Below, piece after piece: positions 48,186-61,600 of a stretch of DNA of 64,000 bases. Within the stretch, counting starts at the first letter, position 1, and each line of letters opens with the position of its first letter. Location: positions 1-64,000 of the forward strand of contig NW_025766114.1 of the NCBI RefSeq assembly GCF_003918875.1, written 5' to 3'. Source of the stretch: Haliotis rubra (Eukaryota). Under the pieces are notes generated by a model. The model was not told the DNA's origin, made no database searches, and saw nothing but the letters and a program-made list of their open reading frames with translations. Position numbers and translations under genes: made by a program.

Positions 48186-49389
48186 ATGTTTGAATTACTC
48201 CGTTGTTGCCTTCTCCTTTTGCTCTGTCACCTCACCCTGGGCTCTAATTCCTTCAAAGAGAAAGATTTCCTGGCCAACCTCACCTTAAACTACGACCCCA
48301 AGATCCGCCCAGTGTTGGATGGTTCCAACACGACAGTGAGTATTAGTACGGGGTTGTACTCACTTTTATCTCTGGATGAGAAACAGGAAGTGCTCAGCTT
48401 TAAAGCATGGATTGTAATGGTGTGGAAGGACCATCGTTTGGTGTGGAACATGACAGATGGTATTCCTTTTGCAGTCACTATGCCCTTGCCGGATGTATGG
48501 TCTCCAACCGTACTGAATATTGATTCTGTGACGAACTTGAAGTATCTGAAAGATGAAAGGGATACTGTGTTTGTCTCTGCGGATGGTACAGTTGTGTATT
48601 CGTACACAGGCAGGTTTGACACAGGATGTAAGGTGAATATTCAACGGTTTCCTTTCGATCATCAAGCATGTACATTTCATTTACAAATGTTGTATACCCA
48701 AGTAACCAAGGAATATCTTGAGGTAGCATCCACGAATGTCATTCTGGATGTATACAGGCAAAACGGAGAATTTAACCTTCTCAGTGCATCCATGGTGTTA
48801 CAGGAATTCATGACTCTCGGTGTTACTCAACCCTGGATTGAAGTTACCTTCGTCCTGAAGAGACGAACCACTTTCTACATCCTCAACAACATTCTGCCTG
48901 TCGTGTTCCTGTCCTTTCTCAACACCTTCGTATTCTGTTTGCCCGAGGAGAGTGGTGAGAAGATGTCATTGTGTGTCTCCATCCTGTTGTCCTATGCCAT
49001 GTTCCTGACCCTCATCAACTCCTACCTACCAGCGAACTCCGACCACCTGTGTTTCTTCAGTGTCTACCTCACCCTGCTTGTGTTGATCAGCACACTCACA
49101 TGTCTCGTCACAATCTTCATGCTGGCACTTCACACTTATTTTCAAACGGGCAAAGCTTGTCCAAGATGGCTGCCAGTCGCTTGGAGGTCAGATAGCAAAG
49201 TTGGAACAAGTGAACCATGGGTTAAAAAGGAAGACATAGTTCCAAACCAATCTGATGTAAACGGTAAGGCAAACAATAAGTCGGAAATGAAGGACTTGAT
49301 TATCGCCAAGTGTAACAGAGTGGCATTTGGAACGTTCTTCACTGACAATCCTCATTAACGTTATATTTTTCATTTCCGTATCCCCATGA
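48186..49389 (+). pseudogene. R7: Cys-loop receptor subtype C with a 2-bp deletion inside M4 (possible pseudogene or sequence error)
   Basis: Intact from ATG 48186 to FGTFF. ttcttcactgaca here versus ttcttcacactgaca in R3/R8 gives a stop at 49358; the ancestral stop is at 49387..49389. Confidence 0.8.
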
Positions 49390-49765
49390 TGGACGGCTGT
49401 CAGTGAGTGATTGCCATTGCCTATTTCACATACAGATAGAGACTCGAAGAGGAAAGCTTGAGACATCAGAAGATATGTTTTTGTTGAACATCATTCACTG
49501 ACATGGCTGAGTATGAACTGTGGATAAAAAGAACCATCCTTTTACATTCATTACTTATGTGACTTATAGACAGTCACGGAAGAATACATTTGATTAGCCA
49601 GTATGTGTCATGTGTTGTATGAGGCTTTGCTGTCATTGGGGTGTCTGTAGACTGTGCATGTCAAACTGATCTAATGAATTTAGTGTTAAAGATTTCTATT
49701 GCAATCCGAATTCCGATTGTACTGTGCAAACGCCACCTCACACTTGTATCTAGGCCTCTATATCC

Positions 49766-52700
49766 TTATTCTGTACCCTTGCCTCACCTAGACGGGTGAT
49801 AGAATGGGCCCGGTTCTATCAATCGGCTGGTCATGCCAAGCCCTCAGCATTATTTTGTTGCTGAAATTGTTAAACTACCTCAATATTTTGTCAAAAATCT
49901 TAGCCGAGAAATATTGTACTTGAAATTTGAAATGTACACTTTATATCCTGTAATTTGCCTAGAGTCCTAGGCTCAGAAGGCAGTGGCTCATGGGCCAATC
50001 TGGTAGCATAATTAATCATGCCGAGCCCTCAGCATTATTTTGTTGCTGAAATTGTTAAACTACCTAAATATTTTGTCAAAAATCTTGGCCGAGAAATATT
50101 GTACTTGAAATTTGAAATGTACACTTTATATCCTGTAATTTGCCTAGAGTCCTAGGCTCAGAAGGCAGTGGCTCGTGGGCCAATCTGGTAGCATAATTAA
50201 TCGTGCCGAGCCCTCAGCATTATTTTGTTGCTGAAATTGTTAAACTACCTAAAGATTTTGTCAAAAATCTTGGCCGAGAAATATTGTACTTGAAATTTGA
50301 AATGTACACTTTATATCCTGTAATTTGCCTAGAGTCCTAGGCTCAGAAGGCGGTGGATCACGGGCCAATCTGGTAGCATAACTATTTTTTTATTTTTTTG
50401 CTGGAGTATATCATACGGGTATCCCTGGTGCTGCAAGTCGAAGATCCACTTGTTATTAGCACTGTCCTTATGATACTCCGTGGCGGGTGGGGAGCTCGGA
50501 TGATGAACCATTAATACTAACTATGGATTACCAAACCGTGTAGAAAAAACGAAACGGATGACTGTAACAACAATGTAAAAATATGCCCCAGCTGCGAAGG
50601 AAGTCACTCGTCTTTCTCAAAAGAATGTCCCATTTGGAAACAGCCAGTGGAAATCGACAAAATAAAATTTAAGCTAAACATTAGTTTTGCGGAGGGAAAA
50701 AAACTAGTCCAAAATCTGAACTAACGGAAACATGCTTCCGTATCTAAAACACCGTCTGATACAACCACAGTAGCTAAAACACCTTCAAGCTGTCAAACCA
50801 ACTTGAGATGGATCAAACCTGATTCCCCTCAGATTTTGTCACCTGAAACATCCACTCAGACTGCAGAAGTACTTCCAGAGCTTTATCGTAGGCGAAATCT
50901 CAGTCAATATCAAAATCTGATTCTCAAACTATGTGAAAGAAATCGCAAAACACAAGATGAAATCAAGAAGTGAGTCTTCAAACAAAACGTCAAAGTGGCA
51001 GATCCGCAAAAGGTTCTACAAACAAAATCCAGCTTTTTAATAAATGTCGATCGTTAGAGGACATGGATGTGACCAAAAAACTCCAAAACAGGGCAAATAG
51101 CTTGTCGCCCGCTAGAAAGGCAAGGGGTGCGACCACAAACGCCAAAAAAAGAGAAGAATTTTACTGTCCTTCGTTGACAGGGTTTTATATATTATATGTA
51201 TGTATTTTGAATTTAGAACTAGTTTTAGTCACGATATGGCTGAAATATTGCCAATGTGACTTTAAATTTTAACTCACTCACCATAAACGCAAAAGGTAAA
51301 ATTCTGGAGGATTTTATTTTGATTTCAAATAACAATGTATAAATAATGATCGTACAAATACATATTTACATCTTGGCACAGGAACATATTCAGCTCTTGA
51401 TTTGTCAAATGAATGAATTTAAATGGACCTCTGTGGAAGTGAAGTACTAAAACCTGCCACTCACTCTGATGTTCCTCCATCAACCACGATGGAAATTTTA
51501 GAAAGGAAGCCTTTTCAAAGAATCTAACAAGCCCTTTATATGAAACAGTGTGTGCGGCCGAACGTAAACCTGAACTTTTGATTGATGTTCCTGATGCTAT
51601 CAAATGGTTTTTTTCTGATGAACTGAATACCATAGCTGACGAGTGTATACCAAAGTTCTCTACAATTCCACATTCGAAAACCATGGTTCAACGATGAGTG
51701 CAAACAAGCTAGGAAGGCAAGGAAAAAGGCAGAAAATTATTTCCGTCGCAATCCTATGGTGCATAACTTAAACAAATTCAAAATCGTAAATGCTAAAGCG
51801 GGCGTACCAAGGAATGGAACAAGGCACAGAGAATTAACGGTAAAGATCTTAAACATGGAGATCAATTACTTAACGATTACTAACGAGTCAAATCCTGCAT
51901 TTAACTGTGTTTTTAATCCACTTTATGAGGTACTGTACAACAACAGAAAACATATATTTCTGCTGTCGCTATTGAGCTGGAAAATATATCTCCTTCCCGT
52001 TTTCTTCGCCTCCTTGGCAATTGGTTAGGCCTCAAGTCGACCTAACATTAAGCACATTTAAAAAATCAGAAACTAATGAATTACAATATAAACGAGAATT
52101 TAATCAATTAAAGAATAAATATAACACATACAAATCCTTATTTGCAGATGGATCCAAGGATGGTGGCGCTGTTGCTTGTGCCACTGTCATTGAATCCAGA
52201 ACAATATCTTCTAGAATACTGGATAACAGCTCTATTTTTACAGCAGAAGCCAATGGCATATTAACGGCTTTTAAATATATTCAAAGACACACTATACATA
52301 AACAATATATAATGTATTTTTACCCTCTTTTTTGCCTTCTGGCTATTAAAAACTTATCTTGTAAACATCCACTTTTAATAGAAATTATTGAATTATATAA
52401 TGATCTTGCAACTGGCCAATACGACATCGTCTTGTGTTGGTTACCCAGCCACAAGGGAATACAAGGCAGCACTCAACAAATCTGTGACACCACTTCATTT
52501 TCCATACTCTGATTATAAAGCTATCATCAGATCTTATATCCGTTATCTAATGCAGAAGAAGTGGGACACCCAAGTAGGTATAAATAAATGACATGAAATA
52601 GAACCTTATATTGGTTACACTTACTTGGGTTGTCAGTCCAGATTTGAAGAGGTCATCATGCGACGATGTCGTATTGGCCACACAAGATATACTCATGTAT

Positions 52701-53457
52701 ATCTATTGAAAGGCGAGGATCCTCCGTTTTGTATCCCTTGTGATGAGAGAGTCACTGTCAAGCATATCCTGACTGACTGTGTTGAATTCTCCATCATAAG
52801 GGATAAATATTTCAATATCAAAACAGTAAAGGACCTTTTTTAATACAGTTAATTATCATTTAATCAATGATTTTTTAAAAGAGATTTGTTAAATAAATTT
52901 TGATATATGTTTTGTAAATAGCTGAAGTTTTATAATTGGTAGTTCAGATGATCAACTTAGATTGTTAGTGGCTGTAACCTCACAGGGTGTTGAAGTAGCG
53001 TAAAATTATTGTCCTCCTGAGAGGGTACGTAAGACCCAAAACTTTCAAAGTAAAATTTAAACATACCAAATTTTTTAAACGTAGTGTTTTATTATTTCAA
53101 TCTTCGGCTAAATTTTCCTACGGTCGCCGGTGGCTGAGGGGATGGTGTAAATCCAGCTAGGGTCCATGCAAGTAGCAAAGGCACTGTAAGTCTCTATGGT
53201 CCCTAGTATGGTGATCTACCTTCAGTTGTTGGCGATCTATAGCCCGTCTTTTATACTGTATTGTCTTCTTTAATTGGAATGTTTTAGCTTTGCTCGCTAG
53301 TTTTATATTCATAGCTGTGATTCTCTAGTATTTTTACTGTCCATCGTCGACAGGTTTTAATCTTCAAAGTATTTTCACTTTTTATTGTATAAATTGTTTT
53401 CGTCACGATATGGCTGAGATATTGCCGATGTGACGTTAATTATTAACTCACTCACTC
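49766..53457 (+). mobile_element. Internally deleted non-LTR retrotransposon (I group, Nimb/I-like) with RNase H
   Basis: 5' UTR; ORF1 zinc knuckle CPSCEGSHSSFSKECPIWK; RNase H motifs (FADGSK, SIFTAEA, CWLPSH.GI); C-terminal RIGHTRYTH..CIPC..VTVKHIL.DC; 3' UTR with (ACTC)n tail. Confidence 0.9.
49831..50383 (+). repeat. 185-bp unit triplicated in the LINE 5' UTR
   Basis: Units start at 49831, 50016 and 50201. The paralogue at ~41425 has a single unit. Confidence 0.92.
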
Positions 53458-53458
53458 A

Positions 53459-55256
53459 TTGGGTTGTCAGTCCAGATTTGAGGAGGTCATTATGCGACGA
53501 TGTCGCATTGGCCATACTAGATATACTCACGAATATTTATTGAAAGGCGAGAATCCTCCGTTTTGTACACCTTGTGATGAGAGAACCACGGTCAAGCATG
53601 TCCTGCTTGACTGTATTGATTTTACCATCATAAGGGATAAATATTCCAATGTCAAAACAATTAAGGATTTTTTATAATGTAAATTATCATTTAATATTAT
53701 TTATAGGAAATTATTAGATAAATTTAGAACAATGTGTTTTGTTAATTCATAAATGGCAGTATACATTCGCAACTGCGATTGTTAGTGGCTGTATCCTCAA
53801 AAGGGGTTAAAGTATTTTAAAATTACGAACCACAGCATTCAATGTAGATCTATAATACACTTATTAATTGTTCTCGTCACGATATGGCTGAAATATTGCC
53901 GAGGTGACGATAAATATTAACTCACTCACTCACTCACTCACTCAAAAGGGGTTAAAGTATCGTAAAATTACGAACCACAACCTTCAATGTATCATACCAG
54001 AGTTTTAATCGTAGAATTTGTGTTATTTTAATTTATGGCTACACTGTCTAAACTTGCAAACAGCTGAAAGACTGGTATAAATCCATCTTGGGCCCATGAA
54101 GGAAGGAAATGTACTGTAAGTCCCCATGGTGCCTAGTAACGTGATCTACCTTCAACTGTTTTCATATTGTATCGTCTTCTGTAGGTAAACTATTTTAGAT
54201 TTACACACTAGTTTATATTCATAACTGTGATACTCTAGTTGTTTTACTGTCCTTTGTTGACAGGCTTTTCATAATTTACATGTATATATGGTGAATTTAA
54301 AACTTGTTTTAGTCACGGTATGGCTGACATACTGCTTAACTCACTCACTCGCTGTATCCCTTGTGATGAAAGATTCACGGTCAAACATGCCCTGCTAGAC
54401 TGTATTGGCTTTTCCATTACAAGAGATATTTCACAGTTTCATCCCTAAAGGATCTTTTAATGCATGTCCTGATTTAATCATTGAGTTTTTAAAAGAAATT
54501 GAATTAAATGATGAATTTTGAAATGTATTGTAATTAGTCAGTGATTTTAAATTAGTAGAATGATTGAACTATGATTGTTAGTGGTTGTAGTGAGTGAGTT
54601 AAGATTTAAAGTCACATCGGCAATATTTCAGCCATATCCTGACTAAAACAAATTCTATATTTGTAAGTGGCTGTACCTTCAAAGGGTCATCGGTTCCCAA
54701 TTGCGCAGATCGATGCTCATGCTGTTGATCACTGGATTCTCTGGTCCAGACTTGATTATTTGCAGACCGCCGCCATATAGCTGGAATATTGCTGAGTGCG
54801 GCGTAAAACTAAACTCACTCACTCACTCACTCACTCGCAAAGGGGATGAAGTAACGTAAAATAATTGTCCCCAGAGAGGGTACATTAGTCCCACTCCATT
54901 CAAAGAATTCTTCATTCTCTGAATTTTAATAGCAGCATATTTGTTCTTTTAATGTATGGCGAGTTTACTAAACGATCGCCAACACACGAAGGTATGATGT
55001 AACTCCAGCTAGGGTGCATGCAGGTAGTAATGGACCCTAGTATGGTGATCTACCTTCAGTTGCTGCCGATCTATAGCGCGGTGTTATGTTGTATTGTTCT
55101 CTTCAATAATATTGTTTTATAATTACATGCTAGTTTTACATTATCTGTGATACGCTAGTATTTGTACTGTTTATCGTCAACAGGTTTTTAAAGTTTTTAT
55201 TATTCTCGTCACGATATGGCTGAAATATTGCCCATGTGACAATAAATAGTAATTCA
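53459..55256 (+). mobile_element. Stack of 5'-truncated LINE 3' ends and SINE fragments
   Basis: Repeated GCQSRFEEVIMRRCRIGH / VKH.LLDC segments, 3' UTR pieces and aactcactcactc tails at ~53943, ~54350 and ~54836. Confidence 0.8.
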
Positions 55257-55814
55257 TGAACATTATTCTGTTCATTTCTTGCTTGATAAGTGTGTAAGAA
55301 CCTCCAGAGAAACGTCGCTCTCACTGTAATAAAGAATTTGTTCACCAATATATTGTTATCCTTCCTTACTGCTCAACTTCTAATTGCCTCTCCAAAAAGT
55401 TATGTTTTATGTCGCTTTTAGCAACATTTAGCAGTGTCCAGAAACGGGCTTCACACATTGTACCCATGTGGGGAATCAAACCCGTGCCTTCGACGTGACG
55501 GGCGAACGCTTTAACCACAAGGCTAGCCCCACAGCCTCCTATTATCTTGAGTGATATGATCGGGGAGTCTGGACAGACAGGCGGACGGACGGACATACAA
55601 GCGGACGGTGCTACCTGCCGCCTGATAACTCGTCTAGACAGGCGGACGGACGGACGGACATACAAGCTGGTTACTATAATCCCTAGTATGATATAACAGG
55701 GGAAGGGGGAGATCCTACTATCCCAACAGTGAGCCAGAAGCCCAAAAGGCTTGGAGATAACAAAAAAACTAAATCTGACACGTGTAGACGAAACACGCCC
55801 ATAGAGCAAATATA

Positions 55815-55943
55815 TACTGGACAAAATAAGTTAGGGATATTGGTATTTTTATGATTGATGTTTCATCAATGTGTCAATGAATAAATAGATCATTATTCAT
55901 AATTTCAAAATTTACATATATCCCGAACTATTTGTGTCCAGTA
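55815..55943. mobile_element. ~130-bp Tc1/mariner-type MITE
   Basis: TA-tactggacaaaataagttagggatat ... atatcccgaactatttgtgtccagta-TA. Absent from the paralogous upstream regions of R3 and R7. Confidence 0.8.
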
Positions 55944-56763
55944 TATTACCAAATACCCATGTATGTGTCGACATGTGGCTGAACCACATTTAGTGAATCA
56001 CTAAACATAAATGAGTATAGTTTTACGTCACTTCCACCAATATCCCAGCGTGTGATACCAGAAATTGGGATTCAAACATTTACCCATAATGGGAAATCGA
56101 ATGCGGGTCTTCAGCGTTATGAGGGAAGCTTCAACCCTAGGCTGCCCCCTGTTGTCTAATGCAATGATGGTGTACCTTTAGTAGATTAATAGCCTGTCCC
56201 CAGCTAGGATACAAAACATTTACGTCTAACTGTTGAATGGTTATCACTATTTAATGTTATGTAATACTATGTAACACCTGAAAATTAGTTTCAATAAACC
56301 TCAAAACGTTTCACCGGGGTAAATGTAAAACACTACCACCAACACAACATCTATTTATATATTGTTTTAAACATTTTATGCTAATAGGTTTTACGACACA
56401 ATATGAAGTGAGTGCGTTGTATTTAACGCCACTTTTAACAGTATTCTAATTATACCAACTGAATATGGCAGGAAAAAATTATTCAAGTCTCAGATGTGTC
56501 CATTTTCCGTCAAATCAACAAGCAGCACTTACCTAGAAACATTCACGCGACGAAGCAGGAATCGAATCCCCAATCACAGATTACTGGTTTGCCCAAGGAT
56601 CGCAACTTCACAGAGGGAATAGTGGTCCCATCGACAACTGTGCTACTCAAGCTAACACGAAGCTATATATAGCCCCATCTCCCACTGACAACAACAAGCA
56701 ATGATTTTCTGCCAGTGCATTTAAACCTTTATACCTGATGCCAGATCACCATTCTACACAATC

Positions 56764-57011
56764 AGTGAGTGAGTGAGTTTAGTTTTACGCCTCACTCAGA
56801 AATATTCCAGCTATATGGTGGCGGTCTGTAAATAATCGAGTCTGGACCAGACAATCCAGTGATCAACAGCATGAACATCGATCTGCGCAATTGGGAACCG
56901 ATGACATGTGTCAACCAAGTCAGTGAGCCTGACCACCCGACCCCGTTAGTCGCCTATTACGACAAGCATGGGTTACTGAAGATCAATATTCTAACCCGGA
57001 CCTTCACGGGT
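56764..57011 (-). mobile_element. SINE-like element (gtcgtaagaggcgactaa family)
   Basis: Reverse complement of the copies at 59581..59822 and 61601..61870; (ACTC)n tail. Confidence 0.8.
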
Positions 57012-57739
57012 ATACAATTTGTGATAAAAACTCTGTGATACTGATACTGAAGACAATGTACAAATGTATTGTGTTTGCCATCGCATTCCCACTCGGGGAA
57101 CTGCATATCTTTTTTCATGCATTCCATGAGGCATGTTTACTGCTTTGTAAAGCTTAAAATCACATGAGTACTCAAAACTTTGTGATACTGTTTCTGTTCC
57201 CCTTGAGGTACGTCATCATTGTTCATACAACCCGTTAGACATGATTACTGGAAACTGCTTTGTGAAGCTTGAATTCTCGGGATTACCCAACTCCACTGCT
57301 AACTTTCATACTTTTTGCATACGCCCCATTAGACATGCTTGCTGGAAATTGCTTTGTAAAGCTTAAATTACCCAACGACATTGCTAACTTCCATTAACAC
57401 TATTGTAAATGACAAACATACCCTCAAGTCAATATTCAAAACTTTACGAGATCGATTTCATACAATTTCAGGGACATTTCACGGTATGTTCTCATTCATT
57501 TCTACCATATACAAAAACGAAACATCGATTTACAACTATTAGGCGTAACATCACAATGACAAAGCTGTTCAGTTGCCAATGGCGACAGCACTTCTCATAA
57601 GGTAAAAGGTTTCTCCAGGATACGAACATTTTTGCCATGCTATGAATCATTTCAAATTTTAAGTCTCCGCGTGTGACTGGTTTCACTGGGGTTGTGTTGT
57701 TTATCCTTCAACATTGGCCACTCTGACAAGGTTTTGGAA

Positions 57740-58945
57740 ATGTTACGAAGTTGTTCCCTTTTCCTTTTCCTCTCTCTCTGTTGCCTGACTCTGGGCTCTG
57801 TTACCAACAAAGAAAACGATTTCCTGGCCAACCTCACCTTAAACTACGACCCCAAGATCCGCCCAGTGTTGGATGGTTCCAACACGACAGTGAGTGTAGG
57901 TATGGGGCTGTACTCAATTTTATCTCTGGATGAGAAGCAGGAAGTTGTCAGCTTTAAAGCATGGGTTGTAATGGAATGGAAGGACCAGCGTTTGGTGTGG
58001 AACACAACAGATGGTATTCCTTTTGCAGTCACTATGCCCTTGCCGGATGTATGGTCTCCAACCGTACTGAACATCGATTCTGTGACGAACTTGAAGTATC
58101 TGAAAGATAAAACGGATACCGTGCTTGTCCAACAGGATGGTACAGTTGCGTATACCTACTTAGGTAGGTTTGACACAGGATGTAAGGTGAATATTCAACG
58201 ATTTCCTTTCGATCATCAGACATGTACATTTAATTTACAAATATTGTATGCCCAAGTAACCAAAGAATATCTTGAGGTAGTATCCACGAATGTCGTTCTG
58301 GATGCATATAGGGAAAACGGAGGATTTAACCTCCTCAGTGCATCCATGGTGTTACAGAAATTCACGACTCTCGGTTTTACTCAACCCTGGATTGAAGTTA
58401 CATTCGTCCTGAAGAGACGAACCACCTTCTACATCCTTAACAACATCCTGCCTGTCGTGTTCCTGTCCTTTCTCAACACCTTCGTATTCTGTTTGCCCGA
58501 GGAGAGTGGTGAAAAGATGTCATTGTGTGTCTCCATCCTGTTGTCCTATGCCATGTACCTGACCCTCATCAACTCCTACCTACCAGCGAACTCCGACCAC
58601 CTGTGTTTCTTCAGTGTCTACCTCACCCTGCTTGTGTTGATCAGCACACTCACATGTCTCGTCACAATCTTCATGCTGGCACTTCACACTTATTTTCAAA
58701 CGGGCAAAGCTTGTCCAAGATGGCTGCCAGTCGCTTGGAGGTCAGATAGCAAAGTTGGAACAAGTGAACCATGGGTTAAGAATGAAGACATAGCTCCAAA
58801 CCAATCTGATGTGAAAGGTAAAGCAAACAATAAGTCGGAAATGAAGGACTTGATTATCGCCAAGTGTAACAGAGTGGCATTTGGAACGTTCTTCACACTG
58901 ACACTCCTCATTAACGTTATGTTTTTCATTTCCGTAACTCCGTGA
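57740..58945 (+). CDS. R8: intronless divergent Cys-loop receptor subunit, subtype C, ~401 aa
   Basis: Signal peptide from ATG 57740, Cys-loop CKVNIQRFPFDHQTC, M2 GEKMSLCVSILLSYAMYL, four TM helices, no vicinal cysteines. Confidence 0.95.
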   Translation: MLRSCSLFLFLSLCCLTLGSVTNKENDFLANLTLNYDPKIRPVLDGSNTTVSVGMGLYSILSLDEKQEVVSFKAWVVMEWKDQRLVWNTTDGIPFAVTMPLPDVWSPTVLNIDSVTNLKYLKDKTDTVLVQQDGTVAYTYLGRFDTGCKVNIQRFPFDHQTCTFNLQILYAQVTKEYLEVVSTNVVLDAYRENGGFNLLSASMVLQKFTTLGFTQPWIEVTFVLKRRTTFYILNNILPVVFLSFLNTFVFCLPEESGEKMSLCVSILLSYAMYLTLINSYLPANSDHLCFFSVYLTLLVLISTLTCLVTIFMLALHTYFQTGKACPRWLPVAWRSDSKVGTSEPWVKNEDIAPNQSDVKGKANNKSEMKDLIIAKCNRVAFGTFFTLTLLINVMFFISVTP

Positions 58946-59580
58946 TGGACGGCTGCCATTGAGTGATTGTCATTGCCTATTTCACATACAGACAGAGAAT
59001 CCAAGAGGAATGCTTGATACATCAGAAGATATGTTTCTGTTGAACATCATTCACGGACATGGCTGAACATCAACTCTGTGGGCTAAAAGAACCATCTTCT
59101 TACATTCATTACTTATGTGACTTATAAACAATCAAACAGAAGAAGAATTAGTCAGTAGGTATATTGTTGCCGTGTGTTGTATGTGTTTTGAGGCATCAGT
59201 GGCAAATGCATTCTAATATCGTAACTATTGGGGGGAAGAAGGCAATAGTGAAATCCCATCTCAATTAAACGCAGTCAGTTAATAAATTACTTCCATCATA
59301 CAGTAGTATTTCTGTAAAACACATTTATCGAGAAACTGGATTTTCTAGTCCGCCAATCGTTTTAGTGTCAGATGTATTTACAAGCAATACAAGAATACTG
59401 ATGTGTCACTCCACAAATACTGTATTACAAATTGTATTGTCGTGTGCAATAGGAAGGGCAAAATCTGCTTGTCCTTTCTGATTGAACACCTGGTGTCTTC
59501 ACTGTTTTCAGTATTTTATTGATATGCTTTGCCATCTACGCCAAATGGAATCTGTTAGAAGGGTATTCTTTTGCATTGTA

Positions 59581-59822
59581 CCCGTGAAGATCCGGGTTAG
59601 AATATTGATCTTCAGTAACCCATGCTTGTCGTAAGAGGCGACGAACGGGATCGGGTGGTCAGGCTCGCTGGTTGACACATGTCATCCGTTCCCATTTGCG
59701 CAGATCAATGCTCACGCTGTTGATAACTGGATTGTCTAGTCCAGACTCGATTATTTAGACCGCCGCCATATAGCTGGAATATTGCTGAGTGCGGCGTAAA
59801 ACTAAACTCACTCACTCACTCT
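59581..59822 (+). mobile_element. SINE-like element (gtcgtaagaggcgactaa family)
   Basis: cccgtgaagatccggg ... gctggaatattgctgagtgcggcgtaaaactaaactcactcact. Confidence 0.8.
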
Positions 59823-61177
59823 TTAACATTGACGTTTTACTTGTACCTCCTGGTACTCTTGTTGATCATCACAACTGGCACTTGTGATGTGCCTGCTCTA
59901 TGATTGTTTTAAAAACGTGTGGCAAACATTTTTTTCTGAAGCTGATGTTTTTTCAAGAATTATCTTTGAGAATTTACTCTTTGGGGCTGTGTTATGATCA
60001 CGTGTTAATTAATCACTATTTAACAGTGATTATACCTGATATTCGCGATAACGTGAACGTATCATAATACATGAAGAATCAAGAAAATTGATCAATAGAC
60101 AAAAATACATTCGAATTCGGTCACCATGGGTATGTTTACTTCTTGCCAAAATGTCCCAACCCCAAATTAACCAGAGGCATTTCTAGAAAGAAAGATTAAG
60201 AAGATATACAGTATGTGGACTTATATTTGGAAGTTTTGAATCTGTCTAAAAACAATTACGACAAAGAAATGGGTAACCTTGATGACCCTACATTCAGTTG
60301 CAAATTGTGATCACCTTAATGTGGATACAATATATTACAAAGTTATGAGAGAACACATGACTGAAAAGACACTAGACAGGGGGTCAATATCAATATTACT
60401 TTAGCAATATGTACAGATACATGTTGTTCGGAACTATTCCTTTCAATACATTAGCCAATCACGATGCCTGTTATTGTTATTCAGTTCTTGTTATTGTTGT
60501 ATTTGAATGCCAAAAGCCCCCTTAACATAAATGTATGTGTCCTTTTAGAAAACATGGCCACTTGTTTTAAGATGTTTTTAAGCTGCAGGAAAACTAATGC
60601 AAGGAGACCATTTTCCAGGAAACGACAGGAATCGGCAATAAGATATCTATGATGTATATAATGTTGGATAATGCCATGTTGTTCAATAAGCTAACCATTA
60701 CATCTCAGTGTTGTGCCACTGACGCCAAACGTACAAACATTTAAATATGCCATATTATTTCCGACGTCAGAACATTAGGTAGTTTTGAATTTTTTAACAA
60801 CCCAGTAGCCTACTGCCAATGATGCATTAGGAAACTATCATGCTTTTATAACATACACTCAAAGCTTTACTAAATGTGTTCACATTAATGTTGATATCAC
60901 GTGAAAGTTTTTTATTGACGTATAACCAATTCACACTTCCAACATAGCCTATGCAATGGCTGTTGGCTATAATGTGGGTACGCACCTATAGATTCACAAT
61001 GATATTTTAGTTATTGACTGGGTACACAAAATCAGAAAAATAATAAATGATCCTCGTTAGCGCTCTTCCCTCCATCATACAAACAATACCTGTACAATAT
61101 CATGAATAATGACAGATATAGCGGCTCTAACCTCTCCCATCGCAGTGTGTTGTACCTTGTCCAGCACTTATCATACT

Positions 61178-61325
61178 GGGGCGGTGGGGTAGCCTAGTGG
61201 TTAAAGCGTTCGCTCGTCACGCCTAAGACCCGGGTTCGATTCCAATGTGTGAAGCCCATTTCTGGTGTCCCCTACTGTGATATTGCTGGAATATTGCTAA
61301 AAGCGGAGAAAAACTAAACTCACTC
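61178..61325 (+). mobile_element. Short tRNA-derived SINE; other copies at ~18915, 31547, 32199, 44965, 47575 and 55405
   Basis: ggggtagcctagtggttaaagcg (A box), gggttcgattcc (B box), and tail gctggaatattgctaaaagcgg..aaactcactc. Confidence 0.85.
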
Positions 61326-61600
61326 CCTGTCTGTGTGACGGATGTGTATATATATTTTTATTTCTTTATATCTTTTTCATTTTATTCCACTCACTAGTTA
61401 CATGGTTACAGTAGCAACACCACAACAGTGAAGGGGTGGGTACAGGAGACATTGCACGGGGTATCTGTCCGGCACAAATACAGTCAACAGTAGGACAAGC
61501 GACAACGACTATTGACTATCCAACGAAGAAATTTAATTTAAGAACAGAAGTGTCAAGTACAGGGACAACTTCAACACGATCGAATATTTCTCCGAGATTC

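Noticed and set aside
11574-58945. Assignment as canonical nAChR alpha subunits (CHRNA-type symbol), AChBP, or bacterial GLIC/ELIC-like channels
   Set aside because: No vicinal cysteines or aromatic box; TM domains are present; a true Cys-loop disulfide and eukaryotic TE context argue against a bacterial origin. No orthologue can be named from sequence alone.
61178-61250. tRNA genes (also 13214, 9600 and 31640)
   Set aside because: The A/B-box heads run into SINE bodies and LINE-like tails, occur in several decayed copies, and lack a complete cloverleaf.
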